Source of the DNA: Bacilli bacterium
Lineage (GTDB): Bacteria > Bacillota_I > Bacilli_A > RFN20 > CAG-826
DNA length: 61,840 nt
Assembly (NCBI GenBank): GCA_024408095.1
Contig: JAKSVI010000006.1
Coordinates: forward strand, 1 to 61,840
Reading direction: 5' to 3'
The position numbers and the translations under genes are program-made. Within the stretch, counting starts at the first letter, position 1. The number at the start of each line of letters is the position of its first letter. The notes beneath the pieces were generated by a model. The model had not been told where the DNA came from, did no database searches, and was given only the letters and a program-made list of their open reading frames with translations. Positions 28,975-39,157 of this stretch are shown piece by piece.

Positions 28975-29584
28975 TAAAATAGACTTAATACAAGATTATA
29001 TGAATGAGCTCCTTCCAAACGTTGGTTGTGAGCTATTTTATTCAAAGGATTACGAACTAGTTATTGCTGTTATGTTGAGCGCTCAGACGACTGATAAGTC
29101 TGTTAATAATGTGACAACAAAACTTTTTAAAGATTATAAAACACTAGAATCCCTACAGAAAGCAAGTATTGAGACAATCGAATCATATTTAAAACCGCTT
29201 GGATTATACAAAAACAAAGCTCGATATTTAAAAGAAATTGTTGACGTCCTTATTAATAAATTTTCATCAACTGTTCCAAGCGATAAAAAACTATTGATGG
29301 AATTGCCTGGTGTAGGCAATAAAACTGCCGGCGTTATTCGCGCTGAAATATTTAAAATACCTGATTTCCCTGTTGATACACATATAAAAAGAATATCTTC
29401 ATTATTAAAATTATCTAATGAAACAGATCCAACAAAAATTGAAAATGATTTGAAAAGAACATTTCCAAAATCAAATTGGATAAAACTACATCATCAATTT
29501 ATTCATTTCGGAAGGTATTATTGTAAGGCAATTAATCCTTTTTGTAAAAATTGCAAATTGCGTGAAATTTGCTGCAAAAACTAG
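28955..29584 (+). CDS. nth: Endonuclease III
   Basis: Motifs LSAQTTD, LPGVGNKTA, PVDTH and a C-terminal 4-Cys Fe-S motif. Confidence 0.95.
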   Translation: MAMKINNKIDLIQDYMNELLPNVGCELFYSKDYELVIAVMLSAQTTDKSVNNVTTKLFKDYKTLESLQKASIETIESYLKPLGLYKNKARYLKEIVDVLINKFSSTVPSDKKLLMELPGVGNKTAGVIRAEIFKIPDFPVDTHIKRISSLLKLSNETDPTKIENDLKRTFPKSNWIKLHHQFIHFGRYYCKAINPFCKNCKLREICCKN

Positions 29585-29591
29585 ATATTTT

Positions 29592-30188
29592 TTACAATTT
29601 AAAGTATTTTTCTATAACTGCATCAATATAAAAAAGTCTAGGTGAATATCCTTGTTTTATAATGATTCCTTCTTTTTCAAATGTTTCTAATGGAATAGAT
29701 TTTCGTGGATTATGTTCAAAGTAGTCAATTACAAATTTTGCATCTAATAAAAATACTTTTGAGAGTGTTTGAAATTCGACAATAAAAAATGCAATCCCAT
29801 CATGTTTTAAAACATTCTTAAGGTGTTCTATTTGATGTGAGGAGATGTTGCTCAATGGAAAAGAAGTTTTGCTTTTTGTATTCTTAGCTTCGAAATCTAT
29901 ATATTTACCCCTGTACACGCCGTTATAGTCTGTTGTTGATTGCTTTTCAAAATATGCGTTTGTAATGATTGCACCTCTTGAGTAATCTACCTTAACAACA
30001 TTTATAGGCGTAGGCCTTTTTGTTATTAAACAAATACCGTGCTCCTTGTACCATTCGTTTGATGCATTTATATCATCCTCCAAATTCATTCCTCTGTTGC
30101 CAGAAGAAACTATCCTTTTTGGAGAGTTGCTTGATATAGCCCTCTTTTTAGTATCGACAAATGGTTGGCCAGATGGGTATTTAATCAT
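29592..30188 (-). CDS. recU: Holliday junction resolvase RecU
   Basis: Motifs NRGMNLE, KRPTP, STTDYNGVY, IDFEAK and HQIEHL. Confidence 0.96.
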   Translation of the reverse strand: MIKYPSGQPFVDTKKRAISSNSPKRIVSSGNRGMNLEDDINASNEWYKEHGICLITKRPTPINVVKVDYSRGAIITNAYFEKQSTTDYNGVYRGKYIDFEAKNTKSKTSFPLSNISSHQIEHLKNVLKHDGIAFFIVEFQTLSKVFLLDAKFVIDYFEHNPRKSIPLETFEKEGIIIKQGYSPRLFYIDAVIEKYFKL

Positions 30189-30916
30189 TATTCTAGATAT
30201 TTCCTAGCTTCATCTTTAAATTCTTCTGCAGAAACATTTTGTCCAGCAGCAAGTTTTGCAATGACATTTTTAACAGGAACAGGAAGATTGTTACCTCTTT
30301 TGAGAACTTTTAAATATTCATCAAGAGTTAGACTTTTTCTTTTAAGAAATTCAACATACAAATAGGCAAGAGAGATAGCATCAAATTCTGGATCATGCGG
30401 GTTGCCTTCTACCTTAACTCCATATAGTTCACAATAGTGGACTAGACTCATTGGATTATATTTGTCATCTCTCACAAATTCTGAAATTAATGTTGAAAAA
30501 TCTATGTAATTCTTCATTATTATTGAGCAAATTTCACGTGGAGCGTCTAAATTATACATAACTGATTGGCTTAAAATTCTCATGTCGTGATTGCCAAATG
30601 TTACGAACGACATATTTTTAGAAAAATGAATCCCACAATATTTTTTAAAGAGTTCCATTGCTTTTCTAAAACAAACGCCATTTTCTTTTAAAACTGTATC
30701 ATTGATGCCTGTTAAATTAGTTACATATGTGCCGATTTTATTTTTTGCTTTTACATAGCATTTGAACGGTTTCTTGAATGCTTTTACAGTTCCATTTTTA
30801 TTTACTTTCGCAATTATGGCGCCCATCGCAATCATTTCGTGGCTAAATTGAGTTCCTTCAAAGTCCATAAATGCGATATATTGATGTTTTTTTAGAAGTT
30901 TTTCTATTTTTTTCAT
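30188..30916 (-). CDS. DEDDh 3'-5' exonuclease (KapD-like)
   Basis: Motifs DFEGT, FGNHD and HDPEFDA. Start reassigned to ATG 30916. Confidence 0.75.
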   Translation of the reverse strand: MKKIEKLLKKHQYIAFMDFEGTQFSHEMIAMGAIIAKVNKNGTVKAFKKPFKCYVKAKNKIGTYVTNLTGINDTVLKENGVCFRKAMELFKKYCGIHFSKNMSFVTFGNHDMRILSQSVMYNLDAPREICSIIMKNYIDFSTLISEFVRDDKYNPMSLVHYCELYGVKVEGNPHDPEFDAISLAYLYVEFLKRKSLTLDEYLKVLKRGNNLPVPVKNVIAKLAAGQNVSAEEFKDEARKYLE

Positions 30917-31012
30917 AGTTTCTATTATTATAAGGAAATATTTCTCTTTTTTCAATGAAAAAAGATTGAATAACTATGCTTATTATTATATTATAATAAC
31001 GAGGCAGTAATA

Positions 31013-31372
31013 GTGATTAAACTTAATTTAACATCTGAAAAAGTTTTAAATGAAGAATTTAAGCCAGTACCACACGGATATGATCCATTAATGGTTGATC
31101 GTTTCTTCGATAAGATGTTAGAGGATTACCGAATTGTTGAAGAAAATATTCTGTTGTCAAAACAAGAATATATCGATCTTCTGAAAAAAATTGAAAATCT
31201 TACCAAGCAGAGTAAAGATTTAGAAATTCAAAATTCACGTTTAAATTCTAGACTGTCAAATATTAAACCAACAGATTTGGTCACTTCTGACAATGTTGAT
31301 TTAATCAAAAAGGTGAATGCCTATGAAAGATATATTTATTTTCTAGGACATGACCCAAAAGAAGCTTTATAA
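31013..31372 (+). CDS. gpsB: DivIVA-domain protein (GpsB-like)
   Basis: Motifs EEFK..HGYDPLMVDRFFD, a coiled coil and DNVDLIKKVNAYE. Directly precedes rnpB, as in Bacilli. Confidence 0.8.
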   Translation: MIKLNLTSEKVLNEEFKPVPHGYDPLMVDRFFDKMLEDYRIVEENILLSKQEYIDLLKKIENLTKQSKDLEIQNSRLNSRLSNIKPTDLVTSDNVDLIKKVNAYERYIYFLGHDPKEAL

Positions 31373-31378
31373 AATTAC

Positions 31379-31709
31379 TTCGATCTGGATAATTGCTGGC
31401 TTCGGCTAGAGGAAAGTCCATGCTCACACAATCTGCGACGATTGTAGTGATTACGCTAGCGGAAAAAATAACGCTAGGCACGTAGGAGTACGTGACGGCG
31501 GTAGATGACCTAAAGGAAACCATGGTCAAAAACCTGAAAGTGCCACAGTGACGGAGCTTAATAGAAATATTAAGGTGGAACGCGGTAAACCCCATAAGTG
31601 AGAAACCCAAATTTGGTAGGGGAAATTCTTGAGGAGAATTGAATCTAAAAGAATAAGCATTGCTTAGATAAATAATTATCCTAGACAAAACATGGCTTAC
31701 AGGATCGAA
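31379..31709 (+). ncRNA. rnpB: RNase P RNA, type B
   Basis: GAGGAAAGTCCATGCT, AAAGTGCCACAGTGACG, GGTAAACCCC and ACAAAACATGGCTTA. P1 pairs TTCGATC with GATCGAA. Confidence 0.97.
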
Positions 31710-31731
31710 CACTCAATTAAAAGGAGCAAAT

Positions 31732-32391
31732 ATGAACCTTCCAACAAAAATTACATTTAGTAGAATTATTGCAATTGTTGTCTTAATATTGACACTATTT
31801 GTTTTATTTATTGTCAAACAATTTAATCCTGGTTTTATATCCCCAGATTTAGGAAATAGTGGTATAAATGCTGTATTTTTAGCGGTATTTGTTTTCTTTT
31901 TAATCGCTAGTTACACTGACCATTTAGATGGTAAATTGGCAAGAAAAAATAATCAAGTAACTGCATTAGGCAAATTCCTAGATCCTGTTGCAGATAAGTT
32001 ATTAATAAATTCAATGGTTATATTTTTGATTGCGCCTCAAATCTTTGCAAGTTATGCACCAAATCAAATGGGTTTTTGCATGTGGTGTGCAATCTTACTT
32101 GTAGCCAGAGATATTGTTGTTGATGCATTAAGGTTTATCGCTGCTGAAAAAGGAGTAGTTATTGCTGCCAATATTTTTGGAAAACTAAAGACAGTTTTAG
32201 AAATGGTTGCTATTTGTTTTGTTTTGCTTAATGACTGGCCATTTGCCCTCATATATGGAACTAACTGTCCAAAAGGATTAACCGTGACAGACTTCCTTGT
32301 TTATTTAGCTACATTAGCTTCTGTTGTGTCAGGAATTATTTATGTTGTTCAGAATAGAAAAGTTTTTATAGGAGACAAATCTCATGACTAA
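31732..32391 (+). CDS. pgsA: CDP-diacylglycerol--glycerol-3-phosphate 3-phosphatidyltransferase
   Basis: Motifs MNLPTKIT, DHLDGKLARK and GKFLDPVADK. Confidence 0.93.
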   Translation: MNLPTKITFSRIIAIVVLILTLFVLFIVKQFNPGFISPDLGNSGINAVFLAVFVFFLIASYTDHLDGKLARKNNQVTALGKFLDPVADKLLINSMVIFLIAPQIFASYAPNQMGFCMWCAILLVARDIVVDALRFIAAEKGVVIAANIFGKLKTVLEMVAICFVLLNDWPFALIYGTNCPKGLTVTDFLVYLATLASVVSGIIYVVQNRKVFIGDKSHD

Positions 32392-32854
32392 AGAAGAAAT
32401 TGCAAAAATATTTAGAGAAAAAGGCAAAACATTAGGTTGTGCCGAATCTTTTACTGGAGGTTTATTTGCTTCTGAAATTGTTTCTATACCAGGAGCGAGT
32501 CACTTTTTTAAAGGTGGTTTTGTTACATATGCTACCGAAGAAAAGAAAAGAGTTTTGGGTATTGGATATGCTGATTTAGATAAATATGGTGTCGTATCTC
32601 AAGAAACAGCAGGAGCTATGGCTTCTCATGCAAAATCTTTGTTAGGTGTTGATTATTGTGTTGCTTTTACAGGCAACGCTGGTCCAGATGTTATGGAAAA
32701 TAAACCAGTTGGAGAAGTCTATATAGCAGTAGCTTTTGATAGGTGCGTGCGCGTGTATCAATATAATTTTAATGGCACCAGATCAGAGATAAGAAATCAG
32801 GCTGTTGAGACTGCTTACGAAATACTTTTTTCAACAATTTCACAATTTAATTAA
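32384..32854 (+). CDS. cinA: CinA C-terminal domain protein (NMN deamidase-like)
   Basis: Motifs AESFTGG, GAS and TGNAGP. Lies between pgsA and recA and lacks the N-terminal MocF domain. Confidence 0.88.
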   Translation: MTKEEIAKIFREKGKTLGCAESFTGGLFASEIVSIPGASHFFKGGFVTYATEEKKRVLGIGYADLDKYGVVSQETAGAMASHAKSLLGVDYCVAFTGNAGPDVMENKPVGEVYIAVAFDRCVRVYQYNFNGTRSEIRNQAVETAYEILFSTISQFN

Positions 32855-32886
32855 TAAAATTTAACATTTTCCTCGAACTATATATA
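32849..32886 (+). promoter_or_regulatory. Bipartite motif upstream of recA (candidate alternative-sigma promoter or operator)
   Basis: AATTAATAAAA-N14-CGAACTATATATA, repeated with identical spacing at 43159-43196. Confidence 0.5.
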
Positions 32887-32903
32887 GTAAGAGGTACACT
32901 TTT

Positions 32904-33905
32904 ATGGAAAAAGACGAAAACAAAAACTTAGAAGAGACACTAAAAGAAATCCAAAAGATTTTTGGAAAAGGTAGTGTCATGAAGCTTGGCGAACGCGAAG
33001 CTGTTGATGTGGATGTTATCCCATCAGGATCACTGCTTTTAAATGAAGCTTTAGGAGTGGGCGGATATCCAAAAGGGCGAATTATTGAAATATTTGGTCC
33101 TGAAAGTAGTGGAAAAACTACACTTGCTCTTCACGCAATTGCGGAGTGTCAAAAGCAAGGAGGACGTGCGGCATTTATTGATGCAGAGCACGCAATTGAT
33201 CCAGTTTATGCAAAGAACTTGGACGTTAACGTTGATGAATTGATTCTTTCTCAACCAGATTGTGGAGAACAAGGATTAGAAATCGTTCAGATGTTGGCAA
33301 ACTCTGGCGCAATTAATTTAATTGTTGTTGACAGCGTTGCTGCTTTAGTTCCTCAAGCCGAACTTGATGGAGAAATGGGCGATAATTCTGTTGGCTTACA
33401 AGCTAGATTAATGAGCAAAGCAATGAGAAAACTTGCTGGTGTGTTAAACAAGAAAGAATGTGCAGTTATTTTCATTAATCAATTAAGAGAAAAAGTCGGA
33501 GTTATGTATGGCAACCCCGAAACCACTTCTGGAGGAAGAGCTCTAAAATTCTATGCATCAATTCGAATCGACATTAGAAGAACAGAAGCCTTAAAGGATT
33601 CAGATGGAATTTTTGGTAACACATGCCGAATTAAAGTTGTTAAAAATAAGGTCGCACCGCCATTTAGAACTTGCGATATTGACATTATTTATGGGCAAGG
33701 AATTTCCAAAACAGGTGAAGTTTTAAATCTTGCCACTGATCTAGGAATTATTAAAAGAAGTGGCGCTTGGTTCGAATATCAAGGAAATAAAATTGCACAA
33801 GGAAAAGATGCGGCGAAAAACTATCTAAAATCTAACCCAGAAGTTAATGAGGAGATTTTGGAAAAGATCAAAGAAATTAAAAAGCAACAAGAAGAACAGC
33901 AATAA
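32904..33905 (+). CDS. recA: Recombinase RecA
   Basis: Motifs [33 protein letters not shown] and KNKVAPPF. Confidence 0.99.
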   Translation: MEKDENKNLEETLKEIQKIFGKGSVMKLGEREAVDVDVIPSGSLLLNEALGVGGYPKGRIIEIFGPESSGKTTLALHAIAECQKQGGRAAFIDAEHAIDPVYAKNLDVNVDELILSQPDCGEQGLEIVQMLANSGAINLIVVDSVAALVPQAELDGEMGDNSVGLQARLMSKAMRKLAGVLNKKECAVIFINQLREKVGVMYGNPETTSGGRALKFYASIRIDIRRTEALKDSDGIFGNTCRIKVVKNKVAPPFRTCDIDIIYGQGISKTGEVLNLATDLGIIKRSGAWFEYQGNKIAQGKDAAKNYLKSNPEVNEEILEKIKEIKKQQEEQQ

Positions 33906-33913
33906 TCCCCCCT

Positions 33914-33952
33914 ATAGAAAATTGGGCCATTAAAATTGGCTCAATTTTCTAT
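33914..33952 (+). terminator. Long hairpin (terminator) after recA
   Basis: ATAGAAAATTGGGCCA-N7-TGGCTCAATTTTCTAT, a 16-bp stem. Confidence 0.7.
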
Positions 33953-33986
33953 TCTAAAAATGTTGCATTTATTATATAATAAAGAC

Positions 33987-34119
33987 GTACCTGCGGAAGG
34001 TACTTACCTATAGATTCTCTTTTGAGAAATTTAATTTTCAGGATTAGTCCTGTTATATATAAAATAGACTTCAAAAATTTTTTTGGGGTGTTTTAGGTAA
34101 ATTAATAGCTAAGCTATTA
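33987..34119 (+). ncRNA. Candidate structured RNA leader of rny
   Basis: Five local hairpins plus a long-range helix (34004-34013 with 34091-34100), starting just after TATAAT at 33975-33980. Confidence 0.45.
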
Positions 34120-34141
34120 CATATATAGAAAGGAAAACCTT

Positions 34142-35707
34142 ATGTCAGCAGAATTTGCTACTGTCGGACTTCCAATTATTACAGCTGTAGTTGGCCTTTT
34201 AGTTGGCGCTCTTCTTGTTTTCTTTATTCCTTTATTTAAGAAACAAAGAGATTCAGCAAAAGGATCAAAAATTATTAGAGAAGCCGAAATCAAGGCTGAG
34301 CACCTTGTGAAAAATGCTCAATTAGACGGAAAACAAGTTGTTAATGAAATGAAACTTGAAGCCGAAAAAGAAATCAGAGAGAAAAAAAGTGAATTCGCCT
34401 CTCTTGAAAACAAATTAATTCAAAGAGAGGCCAACATCGATCGTCGTGATGGAGCTTTGATTCAAAAAGAAAATGCACTTGATGAAAAGAATGAGACATT
34501 AAATCGCAGATTAAAAGACGTTGATAAAAAAGAAGCTCAATTACAAGCGAAAATCGATAGTATTATTGTCGAACTTGAAAAAGTCGCCCAAATGTCTACT
34601 CAAGAAGCTAAAGATGAACTCTTTGCTCGTGTTGAAAGTAAAGTTTCAACTGAATTAGCAGTCTTTATCAAAAACAAAGAAGAAGAAGCTCGTGAAACAA
34701 GCGCTCAAAAAGCTCAAGAATTATTGGGACTTGCTATTTCTAAATATGCTCAAGAAGTGACAACAGAAAAAACAGTTAATGTTGTTGCCTTGCCTAGTGA
34801 TGAGATGAAAGGCAGAATCATTGGACGTGAAGGTAGAAACATTCGTTCATTAGAACAATTATTAGGTGTTGATTTAATTATTGATGATACACCAGAAGTT
34901 ATCACTGTTAGTTGTTTCAACCCAATCAGAAGAGAAATTGCTACAAAATCTCTTGAAGCATTAATTAAAGATGGACGTATTCAGCCAGGCAGAATTGAAG
35001 AAATTGTTGAAAAATGTAAACAAGAAGTTGAAGAAACCATCCATAAAACTGGACAAGATGTTGCATTTAAACTTGGATTACCAAGAATTAACAAAGAACT
35101 TTTAGACTATATTGGAAGGTTACGTTATCGTACTTCATTTGGTCAAAATGCTTTAGACCATTCAATTGAAGTTGCATATTTGACAGGTGCAATGGCAGCC
35201 GAATTAGGCTTGGATGTCAATTTAGCTAAACGTGCTGGATTATTACACGATGTTGGCAAAGCTGTTGATTTTGAAACAGAAGGAAGCCATGTTGATTTAG
35301 GAAGCAAACTCGCTAAAAAATATGGCGAACCAGAGGTCGTTATCAATTCTATTGAATCGCATCATGGAGATACAGAAGCAAAATTTGTTATCTCTCATTT
35401 AGTTCAAGCCGCAGATACTTTATCAGCCGCTAGACCTGGTGCTAGAAGTGAAATGTTAGAAAATTACATTCAAAGAATTGAAAAACTTGAAGAAATTTGC
35501 AAATCATATGATGGTGTATATCAAAGCTACGCCATGCAATCCGGTCGTGAATTAAGAGTTATGGTTATTCCTGATAAAATCGATGACATTGGAGCATTTA
35601 AATTAGCACGTGAAATACGCGAAAGAATTGAAAATGAAATGACTTATCCAGGTCAAATTAAAGTTTCTGTTATTCGTGAATATCGCGCTATTGAAACAGC
35701 AAAATAA
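34142..35707 (+). CDS. rny: Ribonuclease Y
   Basis: N-terminal TM, coiled coil, KH motif [15 protein letters not shown] motif LLHDVGK and [13 protein letters not shown]. Confidence 0.98.
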   Translation: MSAEFATVGLPIITAVVGLLVGALLVFFIPLFKKQRDSAKGSKIIREAEIKAEHLVKNAQLDGKQVVNEMKLEAEKEIREKKSEFASLENKLIQREANIDRRDGALIQKENALDEKNETLNRRLKDVDKKEAQLQAKIDSIIVELEKVAQMSTQEAKDELFARVESKVSTELAVFIKNKEEEARETSAQKAQELLGLAISKYAQEVTTEKTVNVVALPSDEMKGRIIGREGRNIRSLEQLLGVDLIIDDTPEVITVSCFNPIRREIATKSLEALIKDGRIQPGRIEEIVEKCKQEVEETIHKTGQDVAFKLGLPRINKELLDYIGRLRYRTSFGQNALDHSIEVAYLTGAMAAELGLDVNLAKRAGLLHDVGKAVDFETEGSHVDLGSKLAKKYGEPEVVINSIESHHGDTEAKFVISHLVQAADTLSAARPGARSEMLENYIQRIEKLEEICKSYDGVYQSYAMQSGRELRVMVIPDKIDDIGAFKLAREIRERIENEMTYPGQIKVSVIREYRAIETAK

Positions 35708-35735
35708 CTTTATTGCATAGAAAGCACAATATATT

Positions 35736-36518
35736 TTGAAAATCTTATTTGTTGGCGATATAGTCGGAAAAATTGGACGACGAATGCTTAAAACATATTT
35801 GCCAAATTACGTAAAAAAATATGGCATTGATTTTGTTATTGCTAACGGAGAGAACGCCACTCATGGTAAAGGATTGATTGAACATCATTATCATGAAATT
35901 ATTGATAGTGGTGTCGATGTTATTACATTAGGAAATCATTATCAGTCGAAAAATGAAATTCGAAAATATATTGATCGCGTAGATAATTTAATAAGACCGC
36001 TAAATCTTATTAATGATTTTCCTGGAGTTGGAACTGCAGTCTACGATGTAGATGGCGTCTCTATAAGGGTTACAAATATTCTTGGCAGCGCCTTTATGGA
36101 AGAAAATGTTAATAATCCTTATTATGAAGTTTTAAATTTACTCGCCGATGAAGATCCAACAAATATTCACATTATTGATTTTCATGCAGAGGCTAACGGA
36201 GAAAAACTTTGCTTCGCTTTTGCCCTTGATGGGAAAGTTAGTGCAATTCTTGGCACCCACACTCATATTCAAACCAAGGATGCAAAGGTATTAGAAAACG
36301 GTACGGGTTATATCTCGGATGTCGGTATGACAGGTTATGCTGATGGATCCCTTGGATTGGATAAAGTTAGCGCTGTTAAAAAATATATTTACAACAGCGA
36401 GAGAAAGATAGATCCACCAGAAGAAGGCAGAGGAATTTTTTCCGCTGTTGTGCTTGATATTGACGAAAATACCAGCAAAACTCGCTCCATTTTCCCAATT
36501 TATTTTATTGAAGAATGA
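35736..36518 (+). CDS. ymdB: YmdB metallophosphoesterase
   Basis: Motifs GDIVG, NGEN, TLGNH, DFHAE, GTHTH and SDVGMTG. Follows rny. Confidence 0.93.
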   Translation: MKILFVGDIVGKIGRRMLKTYLPNYVKKYGIDFVIANGENATHGKGLIEHHYHEIIDSGVDVITLGNHYQSKNEIRKYIDRVDNLIRPLNLINDFPGVGTAVYDVDGVSIRVTNILGSAFMEENVNNPYYEVLNLLADEDPTNIHIIDFHAEANGEKLCFAFALDGKVSAILGTHTHIQTKDAKVLENGTGYISDVGMTGYADGSLGLDKVSAVKKYIYNSERKIDPPEEGRGIFSAVVLDIDENTSKTRSIFPIYFIEE

Positions 36519-36520
36519 TT

Positions 36521-37960
36521 ATGAAGACTAAAATATTACATTATCCTGATTTACAAAAAGCAAAATTACGTGATTCGAAATCAAGCAATATTTTAAGTAT
36601 AAAAAATGAACATTTTGATGATTTAAAGAAATTAGCTAATGGCAAAAAATTTTATATAAAAACTTATGGATGCCAGGCCAATGTGAGAGATGAAGAAACC
36701 ATAAAAGGTATGCTTACTCAAGTTGGTTATGAAGAAACTAATGATATAAAAAATGTAGACCTCATCATTATCAATACTTGTGCTGTAAGAGAAAACGCTG
36801 AAGATAAAGTTTATGGTGAAATAGGAAACCTTAAAAAAATTAGAAAAGAAAATCCCGATATGGTTTTAGCAATCTGTGGATGTATGGTTGAACAACCTGA
36901 AATTCTTGACTTTTTGATTAAAACATTTCCCGAAGTAAATTTATATTTTGGAACTCATGAAATTTCTTATTTATACGATTTAATTTATCTCGCTTTAACA
37001 ACTCGCGAACGTATAGTGAATATTGAATCAAAACAAGGTGATGTATTTGAAGGCCTTCCAAGTAAAAGAAATAATAATTACAAAGCGTTTGTAAACATTA
37101 TTTACGGATGCAATAAATTTTGTACTTACTGCATAGTTCCTTATACAAGGGGTAAAGAAAGAAGCAGAAGGTTTAATGATATTCTCGATGAAGTAAGAGA
37201 ATTAAAAAAACAAGGATATAAAGAAATTACTTTCCTTGGACAAAATGTTAATGCATATGGCAAGGATTTAAATGAAAATCATGATTTTGCTGACTTGCTC
37301 GAAGAAGCTGCAAAAATGGGAATTCCTAGAATTAGATTTACAACTTCTCATCCCTGGGATTTTTCTAGCAAAATGATTGATGTAATCGCGAAATATGACA
37401 ATATTATGAAATGTATTCACTTACCCGTTCAATCTGGAAATAATCAGATTCTTAAGCTAATGGGGCGAAGATATGATCGAGAACATTATTTAAATTTGGT
37501 AAAGGAAATGCGTGCAAAAATTCCTGGATTAGCATTGTCTACAGATATCATTGTTGGATTTCCAAACGAAACTGAAGAAGAATTCAACGATACCTTAACA
37601 TTAGTTGATGAAGTCAAATACGAATCTGCATTTACCTTTATTTATTCTCCTAGACGTGGAACTCCGGCTGCAAAAATGGAAGACAATATCTCATATAAAA
37701 CTAAATCCGAACGATTCCAAAAATTAGTTGATCGACTAGAAATATACATCAGCAAAGATGCCGAGACATATGTTGGCACGATTCAAAATGTCCTAGTTGA
37801 CTGTATTAGTAAAACGGATAATAAGATGGTGAGTGGTTATACTGAAAAGAATAAACTAGTGCATTTCCCGGGCGATGAGACATTTATTGGTCAAATCGTT
37901 AAAGTAAAAATAACCGAATCTCACACATATTCTTTAATAGGGGAAATTGTTCATGAATAA
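36521..37960 (+). CDS. miaB: tRNA-2-methylthio-N6-isopentenyladenosine synthase MiaB
   Basis: Motifs TYGCQAN and NTCAVRE, radical SAM motif GCNKFCTYC, and a C-terminal TRAM domain. Confidence 0.96.
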   Translation: MKTKILHYPDLQKAKLRDSKSSNILSIKNEHFDDLKKLANGKKFYIKTYGCQANVRDEETIKGMLTQVGYEETNDIKNVDLIIINTCAVRENAEDKVYGEIGNLKKIRKENPDMVLAICGCMVEQPEILDFLIKTFPEVNLYFGTHEISYLYDLIYLALTTRERIVNIESKQGDVFEGLPSKRNNNYKAFVNIIYGCNKFCTYCIVPYTRGKERSRRFNDILDEVRELKKQGYKEITFLGQNVNAYGKDLNENHDFADLLEEAAKMGIPRIRFTTSHPWDFSSKMIDVIAKYDNIMKCIHLPVQSGNNQILKLMGRRYDREHYLNLVKEMRAKIPGLALSTDIIVGFPNETEEEFNDTLTLVDEVKYESAFTFIYSPRRGTPAAKMEDNISYKTKSERFQKLVDRLEIYISKDAETYVGTIQNVLVDCISKTDNKMVSGYTEKNKLVHFPGDETFIGQIVKVKITESHTYSLIGEIVHE

Positions 37961-38231
37961 AACTATAGAAACACTCGCTAGAGAAATTAATGAAGAACTA
38001 TTAAATACAGAAGAAATAAAAAACTATTTAAAATATAAACAATTAGTTGAAACAGATGATAACCTTAAGAATTTAAAAAAACTTATTGTTAGATATAAAA
38101 ATGAAAATCGTTTAGAAGATTACGAAAAAGCATTAAAAGAATATAACGAAAATCCGATTGTTATAAATTACAATTTGTATAATGAAGAAGCTTATTCATT
38201 GCTGCTGGAGATAAAAGATATTATTAAATAG
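37953..38231 (+). CDS. YlbF/YmcA (RicA-like) family protein
   Basis: Helical pattern LAREINEELLNTEEIKNY...NPIVINY. Directly follows miaB, as ymcA does in Bacillus. Confidence 0.65.
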   Translation: MNKTIETLAREINEELLNTEEIKNYLKYKQLVETDDNLKNLKKLIVRYKNENRLEDYEKALKEYNENPIVINYNLYNEEAYSLLLEIKDIIK

Positions 38232-38251
38232 GAAGTGATTTCACTTCCTTT
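38230..38251 (+). terminator. Intrinsic terminator
   Basis: AGGAAGTG-ATTT-CACTTCCT-TT. Confidence 0.7.
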
Positions 38252-38278
38252 ATTGTATAACTATGTTAATATATGCGT

Positions 38279-39157
38279 ATGATATACGTGATTTTTGGAC
38301 CAACTTGTTCAGGAAAAACATCATTAGCAGTAGACCTAGCTAATAATTTAAAAGCCCCCATAGTTAACGCTGATGCTTTTCAAATTTATAAAGACATGAA
38401 CATTGGAACAGCAAAAATTTCTAAATCTAATCCAGCTTATAAATTTCATTATTTAATTGATATCATCACACCTGATAAGTCTTTTTCTGTTAAGGAATAT
38501 CAGTCTTTATTTAGGGATACAATTAATGAATTAAATAAAACCAATAAAGATATTATCGTTGTTGGAGGAACAGGCCTATATATTAGAGCGAGCCTTTATG
38601 ATTATGAGTTTGGTGAAGAAATTGAAACAAACTATGAAGATTTATTAAATATGGATAACAAATCTTTAAAAACCTTACTTGATTCTTTAGATATGGAAGC
38701 TTCAAATAAAATCCATGTTAATAATAGAAAGCGTTTAATACGAGCAATATCTTTAATAAGAAATCAGAACAAAACTAAAAGCGACATTATAAATTCTCAA
38801 GAGCATAAAGTGATCTATCCAAATGTAAAATTTTATTTTCTCAACCCTGATAGAAATTTACTATATGAAAACATCAACAAAAGAGTTGATGACATGTTTG
38901 ACAATGGGTTGGTCGATGAAGTAAAAAATCTGATGGAAAAGTATCCCATTTCGATGACTGCTCTACAGGGCATTGGATATAAAGAAACAGTCCAATTTTT
39001 GAATGGAGAATTATCATTAAATGAATGCAAGGAATTGATTAAAAAGAGAACAAGAAATTACGCTAAAAGACAAGTCACATTTTTCAAAAATCAATTTAAA
39101 TATGAGGAATTTGCTGATAAAAACGATATTTATGAGGTGATTATGAATGAAAAATAA
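38279..39157 (+). CDS. miaA: tRNA dimethylallyltransferase
   Basis: Motifs GPTCSGKT, DAFQIYKDMNIGTAK, VGGTGLY, IGYKE and YAKRQ. The start could alternatively be 38273. Confidence 0.95.
   Translation: MIYVIFGPTCSGKTSLAVDLANNLKAPIVNADAFQIYKDMNIGTAKISKSNPAYKFHYLIDIITPDKSFSVKEYQSLFRDTINELNKTNKDIIVVGGTGLYIRASLYDYEFGEEIETNYEDLLNMDNKSLKTLLDSLDMEASNKIHVNNRKRLIRAISLIRNQNKTKSDIINSQEHKVIYPNVKFYFLNPDRNLLYENINKRVDDMFDNGLVDEVKNLMEKYPISMTALQGIGYKETVQFLNGELSLNECKELIKKRTRNYAKRQVTFFKNQFKYEEFADKNDIYEVIMNEK

Noticed and set aside
30530-30545. parS-like CACGTG site (similar partial match near 35605)
   Set aside because: Several mismatches to TGTTTCACGTGAAACA, inside coding sequence, and no parB in the window.
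31305-31712. 135-aa minus-strand ORF
   Set aside because: It is the antisense shadow of rnpB.
32874-32891. Canonical Firmicute LexA (SOS) box before recA
   Set aside because: Only the CGAAC half is present and GTTCG is absent at N4 spacing. It is treated as a different motif in the findings.
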